IMG/VR virus record: IMGVR_UViG_3300031951_000001
Span: 1-64,000 of that record
Length of the DNA: 64,000 nucleotides
Reading direction: 5' to 3' (one strand)
The notes below the pieces were generated by a model that made no database searches, was not told the origin of the DNA, and saw only the letters and a list, made by a program, of their open reading frames with translations. The position numbers were made by a program, and so were the translations under genes. Below, one piece after another: positions 9,453-19,408 of the stretch. Position 1 is the first letter of the stretch. Each line of letters starts with the position of its first letter.

Positions 9453-9998
9453 ATGAACAGATTAGATAATTCAGTACTATCATACATTTCTACCGTTTCA
9501 GACGTTTCTGATTGCGATTTGAAAATCGAAGAACATGATGGGCAGAAGTTTTTGATTCTATACGTTGATGTCCCAAAAATTGACTACAATAATCCTAGTT
9601 TTGATACGAATTATCGTCGAAAAATTTTAGGGACTGACCTTAGAATGGCTCACCGAATACCAGGATTGGTTTCCTCAAGAGTATTTTTAAATCGTATGGT
9701 GAATGAAGCAAAAAAGTTTTTTGGAGATGAAATAAAGTATGAAACGGCTTTCTTTCCAAAGAATTACGAGTATTTAGATGAATATGAAAAGGAAATAGAA
9801 AAAATTGCTAAGGAAGTTGAACCACAAATGGATATTGAGATTGTTTGGGACCAAGATTATGCTGTACCTATTTTGAAATTTTATTTCAATGGTAAGATGG
9901 ATATTGAAACAAAAGACAAACTTTCGAAAAAAATAAAAGAAAGAATTAATTTAGATACTTTCAGAACAATTTTGGTTCACAACCCAAAAAAATCTTAA
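9453..9998 (+). CDS. Hypothetical protein
   Basis: 181-aa ORF with TATTTAT upstream. Confidence 0.65.
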   Translation: MNRLDNSVLSYISTVSDVSDCDLKIEEHDGQKFLILYVDVPKIDYNNPSFDTNYRRKILGTDLRMAHRIPGLVSSRVFLNRMVNEAKKFFGDEIKYETAFFPKNYEYLDEYEKEIEKIAKEVEPQMDIEIVWDQDYAVPILKFYFNGKMDIETKDKLSKKIKERINLDTFRTILVHNPKKS

Positions 9999-10669
9999 AA
10001 CTCAACGTAACCAACTGTTCCATCACTTAATTCATCCTCAACGTTTTCTTCATAGTCCAATTCGATTGTTCTTTCTTTAGAATTTATAATGAATTTACCT
10101 TGAGAACCCTCATTAATTTCCCAACCACCTGGTAATTTGTCGTAACACCAATCTTCTAAAGAGGCGGGAACTGGTTTATTACCAACACCGAAAACTTCCA
10201 TGTGGTCGCCAATATAACCTGAATCACCACCACCGTTGAATTCTAATTTTGCGGTATCACCACCCAATTCATTAAATACATCATCCATAACACCCTCGAA
10301 ATCACCTTCCTCATCGGACCATTCATATTTAGAGTCGTTAGTAGAATATTCTTTGTGATATCCATCAATCTTCAATTTACGTTCATTTACATCTATTTCG
10401 AATATTAATGTTCCATTTCCTTCATAATCGTAATAATCTAACATTTCTGTGCCACGAATAATATATTCTATCAAATCACTAATCTTATCGTAAGTGTCGA
10501 TTCTTGTGCCACTATCTGAATACCAATAGTTATCTACGTAGTCTATAGTACCATATTCGGCTAGATAAACATACCCGAAGGCGGTTTTAGCTCCGTGACT
10601 ACCACAATAATATGAGAACAATTTAAGTGTTTTTAATTGTTCAGGACTTAAGTTCAAATTTTTTACCAT
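9995..10669 (-). CDS. DUF6878-like protein
   Basis: FNGGGDSGYI...GWEINEGSQGKFII...IELDYEE; a second degenerate copy in the N-terminal half. Confidence 0.65.
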   Translation of the reverse strand: MVKNLNLSPEQLKTLKLFSYYCGSHGAKTAFGYVYLAEYGTIDYVDNYWYSDSGTRIDTYDKISDLIEYIIRGTEMLDYYDYEGNGTLIFEIDVNERKLKIDGYHKEYSTNDSKYEWSDEEGDFEGVMDDVFNELGGDTAKLEFNGGGDSGYIGDHMEVFGVGNKPVPASLEDWCYDKLPGGWEINEGSQGKFIINSKERTIELDYEENVEDELSDGTVGYVEF

Positions 10670-10682
10670 ACCAATAAATATT

Positions 10683-11033
10683 CTAATCTAAATTTAAGTC
10701 CAATGTTCGTAACATCCACATTGGTTTTTCTTTGGATTCTATGGCTTGTATCCATTCACGAGCCGATGGTATATGATTATAACAATCCTCCTTAACGTGT
10801 TGCTCCCCAACGTAACGAGTATATACAGTTTTACCGTCACTATTTACGAATGACATACCAAACTTCTTTTCACACTCAAATATTCCTTCAGAGTGGTGTC
10901 TCATTATTCTATGATATGAACTACCAATCCATGCTTTGGTTTCATCGAACCAATTGTGAATATCTATGTAATCTTCTACCTTACCACCAAACTTTTTGAC
11001 TGAAGATTTTGCGTGTTGTAATGGGTGAGCCAT
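10683..11033 (-). CDS. DUF6915-like His-rich protein
   Basis: MAHPLQHAKSSVKKFGG..IHNWFDETK..HRIMRHHSEGIF..EQHVKED. Confidence 0.75.
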   Translation of the reverse strand: MAHPLQHAKSSVKKFGGKVEDYIDIHNWFDETKAWIGSSYHRIMRHHSEGIFECEKKFGMSFVNSDGKTVYTRYVGEQHVKEDCYNHIPSAREWIQAIESKEKPMWMLRTLDLNLD

Positions 11034-11068
11034 ACCTAAAAATAGTAATTACGATTATATTTATCAAT

Positions 11069-11608
11069 ATGAAGTTTATTATTAACGAACGCCAATATAA
11101 AATCATAAATGAACAGTTAGGATATTCTTCAGGAGGTTATCCTGAAGTTATGAAAACTAGTCAAAAAGAATTTGAAAAGCAATATCCTACTTTAACAAAT
11201 TTTTTAAGAGATTTATCCTTATGGTTTGTTCCATATATCGGTCCGTATTTGGTGGCGGCCAAAGGTACTTATGAAGGTATTGAATCCATAAAAAAAGGAG
11301 ATAATTTTATGGGTATGGTACAATTAATAACCAGCCCTTTGGCATTAGGAAAATATTTGAGGTTTGCCAAATTATACGGAATGGAACAAAATGAATTTAT
11401 GAAAATGTTAGAAATGATATATAAAAGTGGACTACCTGTTTTAAAAAATGAAGGGGTAGAGCAATTTTTTAGGTGGGGACAACAAAATTTCGGAACGACC
11501 AAATTTAATGCTTTTGTCGAAAACATAAAAGATACAACACAATTACAGAGTTTTTTAAACAGTTTAAATGATGAAGAAAAGAAAAAAATTGAAATTAAAA
11601 AAACATAA
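11069..11608 (+). CDS. Leader-bearing protein with hydrophobic hairpin
   Basis: MKFIINERQY..IINE leader; WFVPYIGPYL motif; start ATG 11069 after TATTTAT. Confidence 0.65.
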   Translation: MKFIINERQYKIINEQLGYSSGGYPEVMKTSQKEFEKQYPTLTNFLRDLSLWFVPYIGPYLVAAKGTYEGIESIKKGDNFMGMVQLITSPLALGKYLRFAKLYGMEQNEFMKMLEMIYKSGLPVLKNEGVEQFFRWGQQNFGTTKFNAFVENIKDTTQLQSFLNSLNDEEKKKIEIKKT

Positions 11609-11610
11609 TT

Positions 11611-12162
11611 ATGAAGTTTATAATCACTGAAGAACAACAAGATAGATTAAGTGCTTACGACAAAGCTCAAAAAATGTTTTTTAAGTATTGGGATAAGAAT
11701 GGACCCAAAGTTGACGATATGTTTTTTAAGTTGTTTGGTTTTACCAATTTTGGTTTAGAAATAGGTGGAAATGTCTTGAGGAGGGGTAATATCTATAGAA
11801 TGTTAATAAATTGGTATGGAGGTAAAAATGCGAAATTAAAGGCGATTGAAATGTTGAAAGAAAAAAACTTCACCGTTAATTATTGTGGTGGTTATAACTT
11901 TGATTTTAGTGTTATTGATTATACGGTTGAGGAAGATACGGGTGAAATTTATGTAACTGCCAAACCTGACATTGAAAACGGCACTGTAATATTAATCATG
12001 GTAGGAGGTGAGAGTCAATCATTAAAAGATGCTTTGAATAACGAAGAGTATGGATGGGAGATAGAAGGAGAAATAGCCGATTGTATCTATGAATTATTAC
12101 ATCAAAAAATCACAGAAACAACCGGCTATGAGATAGGAGTTGAAAAATTAATTATCGATTAA
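11611..12162 (+). CDS. Leader-bearing hypothetical protein
   Basis: MKFIITEEQQ leader. Confidence 0.7.
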   Translation: MKFIITEEQQDRLSAYDKAQKMFFKYWDKNGPKVDDMFFKLFGFTNFGLEIGGNVLRRGNIYRMLINWYGGKNAKLKAIEMLKEKNFTVNYCGGYNFDFSVIDYTVEEDTGEIYVTAKPDIENGTVILIMVGGESQSLKDALNNEEYGWEIEGEIADCIYELLHQKITETTGYEIGVEKLIID

Positions 12163-12767
12163 GAAATATCAGTCGATTCCAACAAAGTGTATGAGAATTT
12201 GTTACCGTGAATTTTAGCGGCTTTTCTACAAATTGACATAAACGCATCAAAATCCTTTACTCTTTTGAATACTTGACAACCTTCAGACCAGTTTTCAACC
12301 CACTGAGAGTCTTGACCTGCTTTGTGAATATTAATACCGAATACACCAGTATCGGTAACTTTTTCTTCAAAAATTAAATCTTTGTTAGCGTCTCTCCAAA
12401 CGGTAACTTCACCTAATCTTTGGCAAAGAGCCTCATATTTTCCCTGATGTTTGTCTATTTTCCAAACACCTCTGTATTGGTTAGGAACCAATCTAGCAAC
12501 ACCTTTTTTATTGTGGAATTGTTGAACCCCTTTCTTACCTGGGTCAGTCGTTGCGTTCCAACAGTAAAACTGCCAGTTTCCTGATTCATCTTTGTATGAG
12601 ATTGTAAGACAATCATCAAATACATTTGTAACTTTGTTTTTAATTGATGGATGACTATTTCTAACACCAACAATGTTAACATCATAACCTTGATTATCTG
12701 CGTCTTCAAACCATTTGTAATTCTTTGATTTTACCGCTCTTTCAATTTGTTCTCTTGTGTAGCACAT
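12159..12767 (-). CDS. Putative peptidoglycan-acting enzyme, YkuD/L,D-transpeptidase-like
   Basis: GINIH...WSEGCQV His/Ser/Cys motif; TTDPG motif. Confidence 0.55.
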   Translation of the reverse strand: MCYTREQIERAVKSKNYKWFEDADNQGYDVNIVGVRNSHPSIKNKVTNVFDDCLTISYKDESGNWQFYCWNATTDPGKKGVQQFHNKKGVARLVPNQYRGVWKIDKHQGKYEALCQRLGEVTVWRDANKDLIFEEKVTDTGVFGINIHKAGQDSQWVENWSEGCQVFKRVKDFDAFMSICRKAAKIHGNKFSYTLLESTDIS

Positions 12768-12822
12768 AATAATTATTTTTTTGTTTTATTTAACGATAAA
12801 TATTTATTAAAATATAAAGTGA

Positions 12823-13218
12823 ATGAGAAAAATCAGACAAATAATATTAGAAACGGCAGCTGAAAGGTTAATTGAGTTAATTAAAGATGACTTAAAAGGT
12901 AACAAAGAATATAAAGGTCGTTATAGTTTACCTTACTCTGATTCTAATGATGACATGGTTGATTTTATTATCACTTATCATGTCACCAAAGTTAAACTTT
13001 GGAAAACATTGACCCCACAATTTAGTTGTGCTTTTGAAGGCACCGTTTATATATCGGTCGACAACGTTTCAGTTGGTTTTGAAGGAACTGAGGATTGGGA
13101 AACCGCACATATACACGACTTACCAAGTTGGGTGGAGGAAGATTTCCAATATTCAATAGAAGAAAGATTAAAAATGTATCCAATCTGTGTAGATGTTGAT
13201 TATGATACTCAAAAATAA
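12823..13218 (+). CDS. Leader-bearing hypothetical protein
   Basis: MRKIRQIILE leader; TATTTAT upstream. Confidence 0.65.
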   Translation: MRKIRQIILETAAERLIELIKDDLKGNKEYKGRYSLPYSDSNDDMVDFIITYHVTKVKLWKTLTPQFSCAFEGTVYISVDNVSVGFEGTEDWETAHIHDLPSWVEEDFQYSIEERLKMYPICVDVDYDTQK

Positions 13219-13221
13219 AAA

Positions 13222-13250
13222 AACCCCTCGTTTCGGAGGGGTTAATTTTT
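13222..13250. terminator. Bidirectional terminator between convergent genes
   Basis: AACCCCTC-GTTTCG-GAGGGGTT with flanking A and T runs. Confidence 0.75.
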
Positions 13251-13263
13251 TTAGTCTATCAGT

Positions 13264-13623
13264 TTAGGCCTTAATTTTATAAGTCCTCAAACAATGTGCT
13301 GACCAAGCCAACAGACCGATTAAAATCGGCATGAAGACACCGTAACCTTTCAGATAAGAAAGGTGTAGAGCTACCGCTCCTGACATCATTGCGGTAATTC
13401 CAATTGCTCCAAAGATGGACGTTCTTGGATAAACCAAGAGAGCTAATGATGTCAATTCAAAAGCACCAATCCATGTCATGTGAGGAACCAACCAAAATAA
13501 AGTTAGATTCATTGTCATTTCCTCTGTGTGAGCAATTTTACCAAAACCGCTCATCCCAAGCATAAACACCACAACTGCGGTGATAAGCCATCCTAAATTT
13601 TTAAGTGTTAGATATTTTTTCAT
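13264..13623 (-). CDS. DoxX-like membrane protein
   Basis: Four TM helices, SGFGKI..GAFEL..PRTSIFG..MSGAVALHL; start ATG 13623 after TATATTTG. Confidence 0.75.
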   Translation of the reverse strand: MKKYLTLKNLGWLITAVVVFMLGMSGFGKIAHTEEMTMNLTLFWLVPHMTWIGAFELTSLALLVYPRTSIFGAIGITAMMSGAVALHLSYLKGYGVFMPILIGLLAWSAHCLRTYKIKA

Positions 13624-13669
13624 ACGGCAAATATACACAACAAATGTTATTATGTCAATATTTATGAAT

Positions 13670-14791
13670 ATGAGTTTGAAAATGTACGAACAAGAAGAAC
13701 CAAAGAAATCATCAAAAGATGAAGCATTGTTAAGTTTAATTGATGACTTCAATAATAACGAACTTGATTTAGAATTTTTGGATAATTTCATGGGTGGTTT
13801 GGAAAACTTCATATCACTTTTACAAAAGAAAGGTTGGTTAGATTTATTAGACCCTTTTGCTGAAGGGGCTCAATATATTCAAAATTCGTTATTATATTCT
13901 TTCTATAAAAATGACCCTGACTTTATATATGAAATTATAGAACATTACTTATCTGATATTACAAAAGTCGGAGAAGAATATTATTATGACGCTGATTATT
14001 CCGAACTCGCAAGCATGTTTCAAAGAGGTAATAGAGACATCGGTGAAAAAACAATTGAAGATATTTTGAGCGGTGAATATGATATCTATCAACATGGAGG
14101 TTATGATTCGGATGATGAATATAGAGACGTGTATGATAATTTGGACCACTACGCGAAAAGTGTGGTTGATGAGTTTATTGTAAATGAACTCAAAGCTATG
14201 GGAGTTCTGAAATTTTCTATATATAAAAGAACACCTGAATCATTAAAAGAAATTGCCGAGGAACAAGGTAGTGAAAATGAAATAAAATTGACCGATGAAA
14301 TAATCACCCGTTTGATGTCAGATGACGAGTGTCTTGAATATTTGATTAATAAAGAATTGGATGAGGTGAGAAGTAATTTGAATATGATATTTTCAAGTTG
14401 TTATGGAGATGGTTTGGTTGATTCGTGGTATAAAAGTTTATGGTATGAATTAGAAGGTGTTGTTGTTGATAATAAAGAAGGGGAGGTTTACACTTATAAA
14501 AAATATGGTTGGTCTAAAAATAATACAAGAGAAACCATCACGGCTTACGGTAAAAGATTTAAGGTAACCAAATGTGTTTATGATGTTGTTAAGGGTTGGT
14601 TGGATAGGAATAAAGGTAGAGATGGATACAGCGATAATACAATTGAATATTTTGCTACCTACACTAATCTACTTAAAGATTCTATGGATTACGGACCCAT
14701 GAATTGGTTGAGAGTACCACATTTAGCTGAATGGCCTGACAATAGAGAGTTTGAGAAGTGTATGAATAATAGTGTTGAAAGTTATTTTTAA
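13670..14791 (+). CDS. Acidic hypothetical protein
   Basis: Start ATG 13670 after TATTTAT; no recognised domain. Confidence 0.7.
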   Translation: MSLKMYEQEEPKKSSKDEALLSLIDDFNNNELDLEFLDNFMGGLENFISLLQKKGWLDLLDPFAEGAQYIQNSLLYSFYKNDPDFIYEIIEHYLSDITKVGEEYYYDADYSELASMFQRGNRDIGEKTIEDILSGEYDIYQHGGYDSDDEYRDVYDNLDHYAKSVVDEFIVNELKAMGVLKFSIYKRTPESLKEIAEEQGSENEIKLTDEIITRLMSDDECLEYLINKELDEVRSNLNMIFSSCYGDGLVDSWYKSLWYELEGVVVDNKEGEVYTYKKYGWSKNNTRETITAYGKRFKVTKCVYDVVKGWLDRNKGRDGYSDNTIEYFATYTNLLKDSMDYGPMNWLRVPHLAEWPDNREFEKCMNNSVESYF

Positions 14792-15189
14792 TGGAATACA
14801 AAATTGAAGAAAATAGAATCAATAATTTAGTTTTCGATTTCTTGGAAGACTATTTTAAGAGTGATGAGATTCATTACCATAATCCATACGACCAATATAG
14901 AGATGAGTGGGGAGATGAGGTTGAGGGCGAAAACCCCAATGTAATTGAATATTATATAGGTGATTACTATGAAGACGATTTATTATTCAGATTATACTTC
15001 AAAGATTATTGGACTGGTACAAACTCAACTGCCGACAAGAGAAGAAGTGAATCGCCATTATTAACAATAGCGGATAATGATTTAGAAGATTCATTGAATG
15101 GAATGTTCAGCGAACAGAAAGTTTGGGAAGAAGGATTCAAAGTTTGGTTTACTCACAAATTTGATTTGAAAATAAACAGAATTAGATAA
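14791..15189 (+). CDS. Distant member of the 31.6-34.2 kb paralogue family
   Basis: INNLVFDFL N-terminal helix and LNGMFS...VWFTHKFDLKI C-terminus. Confidence 0.55.
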   Translation: MEYKIEENRINNLVFDFLEDYFKSDEIHYHNPYDQYRDEWGDEVEGENPNVIEYYIGDYYEDDLLFRLYFKDYWTGTNSTADKRRSESPLLTIADNDLEDSLNGMFSEQKVWEEGFKVWFTHKFDLKINRIR

Positions 15190-15219
15190 ATTTGTATATA
15201 TTTGTAAAAAAAATCAAAA

Positions 15220-15603
15220 ATGAAGAATTTTATAATCACAATCCTGTTTTCACTTCTCACACTAATTTCTTTTTCACAAGATACAAGATTTGGTAGAGCT
15301 TATATGTATTACACTGGTTACAATGATGGTACCGAAGTAGTATGGAATCAATACCCAACCAAGTGTGATGTACTAGTACAGATAGAACCTGCTGAAATAA
15401 ACATTTACAGCGAAATACCGCAAACGTACCACATCATTCAAATTGATGTGAGAGAAGAAAATATGGCACGATGGACCGCAGTTAATAAAGATGGTGTCCG
15501 TTGTTATGTATATATGGGAAAATATGGTGAGTCAAATGAATTGGGTCTTACCATAGAGTTTAACGATTACGCTTGGACTTACGTTGTGGTATCTACTGAT
15601 TAA
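15220..15603 (+). CDS. Secreted protein with SPI signal peptide
   Basis: MKNFIITILFSLLTLISFS|Q; TATATTTG upstream. Confidence 0.7.
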   Translation: MKNFIITILFSLLTLISFSQDTRFGRAYMYYTGYNDGTEVVWNQYPTKCDVLVQIEPAEINIYSEIPQTYHIIQIDVREENMARWTAVNKDGVRCYVYMGKYGESNELGLTIEFNDYAWTYVVVSTD

Positions 15604-16382
15604 CTTAAATGTCTTGAAAGACAAATCGCAGCTTCTCTAGCATCCTTCCAATCTTTAATAACCTTTTTACCACGTTTATTAAACGGGATAACAGATTTGA
15701 TACCATCAGAAATCATCCACTTCTTATCAAATGGGTCTGCCTTATCCAATGAATTCTGATAATCGTAATAGAATTTATCCCATTCTTGTTGAGTGTAATC
15801 ACTTCTGTTTGGTAAATAATAGTTATCGAAAACTCTGTCACCTATTTTGAACAACGCACCACTACGGTGGGTATAACCAAAATAACCCTCAACATTATCG
15901 TTTTCAATTTGCTCGGTCACAAAATGCTCATACTCATCAAGTATATAATTTTTTAATCTAATGTTTGGGGTATATGTTTTCAATTTCAAAGCAACACCGG
16001 AAGGGTATTCCTGACAAACATAAAACTTGTTGTTGTAATACCACCAACCTGTTTTAATATCACCGATATACACCCCATTACTTGACATAAATGAATTTGG
16101 AAGTTGATTTTCCCCATCTCGGGAAGTATAAGTTCCAATCTTACCACCAGTATATTTGGTAATTAACTTAATACATTCACTATTAACAATCCATCCTTCC
16201 TCATTACGATAAGGTATCATACGGCTAACTAATTTGGTAAAACCAAGATTGAGATGTATTTTATTCAATAAACCACCACTACCACCTATGTAATGTGGGT
16301 ATTTTTCAAATTTTAGCTTTATATTTCCTACGTATGGTGTGTGGTTCTTTATCATACGCAAAATATAATCAAATCTGAACAT
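15600..16382 (-). CDS. Hypothetical protein
   Basis: 260-aa ORF. Confidence 0.65.
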   Translation of the reverse strand: MFRFDYILRMIKNHTPYVGNIKLKFEKYPHYIGGSGGLLNKIHLNLGFTKLVSRMIPYRNEEGWIVNSECIKLITKYTGGKIGTYTSRDGENQLPNSFMSSNGVYIGDIKTGWWYYNNKFYVCQEYPSGVALKLKTYTPNIRLKNYILDEYEHFVTEQIENDNVEGYFGYTHRSGALFKIGDRVFDNYYLPNRSDYTQQEWDKFYYDYQNSLDKADPFDKKWMISDGIKSVIPFNKRGKKVIKDWKDAREAAICLSRHLS

Positions 16383-16412
16383 AAAATCAAACCTTAATAT
16401 TTATATTATACA

Positions 16413-16862
16413 ATGGAAAATCCCGAATTACCCGAAAATATTAGAAAAGGAGTTGATTTATCTGTAAAGGCCCTCAAAAAAGTATATCCCTTTATTCTTG
16501 GTTGGGAATTGAGTGATACTTGGTATCAGTATAATACAACATTATATATTGAGTTAATAATGGATTTTGAAAAACTATCAGAAATTTTTACTTGGGAACC
16601 CTCACGGTATTTTATGAATAGAGTAGAAAGGGGTGAAGAAGTAAAATCCCCCGCAACACTGGTACCATTTGAATGGGGTGAGTATGGTTCTGAAGAATTT
16701 GAAACAAAATCGGAAATATCACATAAGTTGGGTAAAGACATTCGTAAAGCTCTAAATCAAGCTTATGATTTCTTACCTGATGGATATAAGAAAACTTGGG
16801 AAACTAGCTTCGGGAAAAGTCAATCAGAACTCGGAGTTGATTATTACATATTCAAACCCTGA
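16413..16862 (+). CDS. Hypothetical protein
   Basis: TATTTAT upstream. Confidence 0.65.
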   Translation: MENPELPENIRKGVDLSVKALKKVYPFILGWELSDTWYQYNTTLYIELIMDFEKLSEIFTWEPSRYFMNRVERGEEVKSPATLVPFEWGEYGSEEFETKSEISHKLGKDIRKALNQAYDFLPDGYKKTWETSFGKSQSELGVDYYIFKP

Positions 16863-17221
16863 TTTTCGTGTAACCATTTAATGGTGATATCACCAATACC
16901 GTTCTTATCATTTATAAATGACATCATAGATTTTACCTCCTTTTCAATAATAACCCTGAGTTGTTTATTGGCCACTATTTTACCCCTTCTAAATCCTTTA
17001 GGGGGTGAATGCCAAACGTTAGATATGGACCACCACTGACATTCGTTTAAATTAACGGTAATGTCGTATTTGGTGTCATATCGACTATAATAATCCTCAA
17101 CTACATACTTAAGTTTTTTTTCTTTGACTTTAACCAAAGTAAATTTTCCTTTGAATATTTGAGTTCTAAAAACAAATTCTTGACCCAAGATATATTTTTT
17201 GAAATTGCTAATGTTACTCAT
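16844..17221 (-). CDS. Hypothetical protein
   Basis: TATCTTTG upstream on the minus strand. Confidence 0.6.
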   Translation of the reverse strand: MSNISNFKKYILGQEFVFRTQIFKGKFTLVKVKEKKLKYVVEDYYSRYDTKYDITVNLNECQWWSISNVWHSPPKGFRRGKIVANKQLRVIIEKEVKSMMSFINDKNGIGDITIKWLHENQGLNM

Positions 17222-17267
17222 GAGGCAAAGATATGAAAAAATATTTTATACTTTATATTTATAGACA

Positions 17268-17942
17268 ATGAAACTTCAGAAATTTTTTAAATTATTACCT
17301 GACTTTATTAAAGATATTAATGTAGAAGGTATTATTATTAAACATACTGGTGAGTTTATCACCACCCCATACTCACGAAGATATGAAGTTGAAGTTCCGG
17401 TATATACGATAGAAAATCCTAATGATTTACCATATACCAAGGAATCTTTGACCACATGGCTGGCGGAAGAGTATTTAGGGTTTCAAAGATTTGTGAATAT
17501 TTTAGCCGGAGGACCAATAACGTACTTCGTTGAATTTGACAATTCGGTTAAGGATATATACATACCAAAACAAATTAAGGAAGAAATTGATAATTGTTTA
17601 GAATCTAAAAATTTCAATAAAGTGGCTTGGAGAAATCCTGAAAGTATCAGAGTTATTGGTGAATTCAAACGGTATAACACATTTGATACTGAAGACGATA
17701 GAATTATATGGCAAGTTGATTTTAAACCTCATAGAATTGAAATTGTTGATGAATCCGGAGTATTCAAAAAAGAAGTTAGTAAATCGGACTATGATTACAT
17801 TTTTGAAACATTGAGAGAGGATATAGAATTTTTCGAAAACAATATCTGGTCTTGTATTCAATATAAATTGGCCAATAGAAAGACATTCATAGATTTTGAT
17901 TGGATGAGTTGGTATACCCACGTAGATAACGTAAATTACTAA
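17268..17942 (+). CDS. Hypothetical protein
   Basis: TATTTAT upstream; 224 aa. Confidence 0.65.
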   Translation: MKLQKFFKLLPDFIKDINVEGIIIKHTGEFITTPYSRRYEVEVPVYTIENPNDLPYTKESLTTWLAEEYLGFQRFVNILAGGPITYFVEFDNSVKDIYIPKQIKEEIDNCLESKNFNKVAWRNPESIRVIGEFKRYNTFDTEDDRIIWQVDFKPHRIEIVDESGVFKKEVSKSDYDYIFETLREDIEFFENNIWSCIQYKLANRKTFIDFDWMSWYTHVDNVNY

Positions 17943-18061
17943 CCTTTTCCTTCAACCCTACCCAATCTTTCCCTGATGACATCATTCATTGTCAAATCAG
18001 TTTGATTCATAATTTTTTGTAATTCTTGTTCAGTCAATCCTGATAAAATATCTTTCATACC

Positions 18062-18562
18062 TTATTTCTTTCCACCAAAAGTTTTGATTGTAAAATACCA
18101 ACTTGGTTTTATGTGTTTTGGGTCTTCTATAACCACATAGATTCTACCTGTTTCTAACCCTGTATTATCATCAGAAACCGCATCTTTACCAACGGCAACT
18201 GTCCAAATATATCCCTCTTCATCCTTTACCATACTTTGGATATACATTGAGTAACGGCTAAACCATTTCTCAACAATAAATCCATTGTTAGGTAATCCCT
18301 CTGAACTAAGTGTAAGTTTAGATGGATATTTGATACCAATCAAGGTTCCCTTGTTAGAAATATCAACATAAATCGCATGTTTCCCAGCCTTTACCTTCTT
18401 CTGTTCCCAATTTATTGAAATGGTGTCAGGAGGAATAAATGTTCCTTCTTCAAATGTTTGAACTACCCACAAATCTGATTTAAAAGACACCGGGTCTTTG
18501 TAAGTTTGTGAGAATGCGTTAAGCGTTACTATGGTGAATAGTAATAAAAATACGTGTTTCAT
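18062..18562 (-). CDS. Secreted protein with SPI signal peptide
   Basis: MKHVFLLLFTIVTLNAFS|Q. Confidence 0.7.
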   Translation of the reverse strand: MKHVFLLLFTIVTLNAFSQTYKDPVSFKSDLWVVQTFEEGTFIPPDTISINWEQKKVKAGKHAIYVDISNKGTLIGIKYPSKLTLSSEGLPNNGFIVEKWFSRYSMYIQSMVKDEEGYIWTVAVGKDAVSDDNTGLETGRIYVVIEDPKHIKPSWYFTIKTFGGKK

Positions 18563-18629
18563 TTATTAGGTTTTATAGTAAATATCTTAAACAAAACGCG
18601 AGTTAAGATAGACTATAATTTTTTAGTTG

Positions 18630-18701
18630 TAGTCGGTAGGGGATTCGAACCCCTATGACAAGAATGAAAATCTTGTATCCTAACCCTTAGATGAACCGAC
18701 C
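18630..18701 (-). tRNA. trnE: tRNA-Glu(TTC)
   Basis: Cloverleaf: GGTCGGT/ACCGACT acceptor, CAAGA-TTTTCAT-TCTTG anticodon arm, AGGGG-TTCGAAT-CCCCT T arm; CCA not encoded. Confidence 0.92.
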
Positions 18702-18704
18702 ATA

Positions 18705-18915
18705 TGTTAACACCCTCCTTTATCCAACTAACAGGTGTTGTGGCTGTCCTCAATTACTTGAGTTAGGAATAAACTGTCTTGCTCCCCTTCGTGATGGGTC
18801 TTACCGACCTTAGTAGTCAACTAGAAGGTAATATATATACAAACCTTCAACTCTTCCCTATGGCTATCACACCATTTCTCATCGTATGGGACATACTATC
18901 CGATGATTAGTCGGA
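18705..18915 (-). ncRNA. Candidate structured ncRNA of unknown class
   Basis: Non-coding, GC-richer, six or more hairpins between tRNA-like element A and tRNA-Glu. Confidence 0.45.
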
Positions 18916-18920
18916 ACGTG

Positions 18921-19038
18921 TAGTCAGAACAGGATTCGAACCTGTATTTACACTTTACTTGTATTAGCTGTGTCCGATGGATTGGGTATCAATACATTTC
19001 CCTCACCACCTGCTCTTAACCATTAGAGCTACCTGACT
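18921..19038 (-). ncRNA. tRNA-like element A (118 nt, expanded core)
   Basis: AGTCAGG/TCTGACT acceptor + A73, GCTC/GAGC D stem, ACAGG-TTCGAAT-CCTGT T arm; 65-nt core with no 7-nt anticodon loop. Confidence 0.7.
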
Positions 19039-19093
19039 AACGAGAGTTATTAAGATTTTTGAATAGGTCTTTACTCTCAAATAAACCTACGAG

Positions 19094-19188
19094 TAGTCAG
19101 GACAGGAATCGAACCTGTATGATAACACGCCCTTTTATATTAACGATTGTTATCTACGTATAGCGTCTACCAATTCCGCCACCTGACT
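19094..19188 (-). ncRNA. tRNA-like element B (95 nt)
   Basis: AGTCAGG/CCTGACT acceptor + A73, Leu-type D arm GGCGGAATTGGTAGACGC, canonical T arm; no canonical anticodon arm. Confidence 0.7.
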
Positions 19189-19195
19189 ATATTTT

Positions 19196-19294
19196 TTACT
19201 TCGCTCTGCCGTAAATTAAATACCTTTCATATTCACCTTCGGCCAACACTACATACTGACCTGCAATTTTTACTACATACATTCTTTCTTTCAT
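19196..19294 (-). CDS. 32-aa small ORF (MKERMYVVKIAGQYVVLAEGEYERYLIYGRAK)
   Basis: Read by hand; AT-rich upstream; lies between tRNA-like elements B and C. Confidence 0.45.
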   Translation of the reverse strand: MKERMYVVKIAGQYVVLAEGEYERYLIYGRAK

Positions 19295-19310
19295 AACATT
19301 TTATTTTTTG

Positions 19311-19408
19311 TAGTCAGGACAGGAATCGAACCTGATATCGCCCATTTGGATGCCTACTCCACCATAAGTGTCTCGGACTTGGTGCGTATGCCAACACGCC
19401 ACCTGACT
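19311..19408 (-). ncRNA. tRNA-like element C (98 nt), possibly a degenerate tRNA-Leu(GAG)
   Basis: AGTCAGG/CCTGACT acceptor, GCGT/ACGC D stem, bulged stem closing loop CCGAGAC, enlarged variable region, T arm. Confidence 0.65.
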
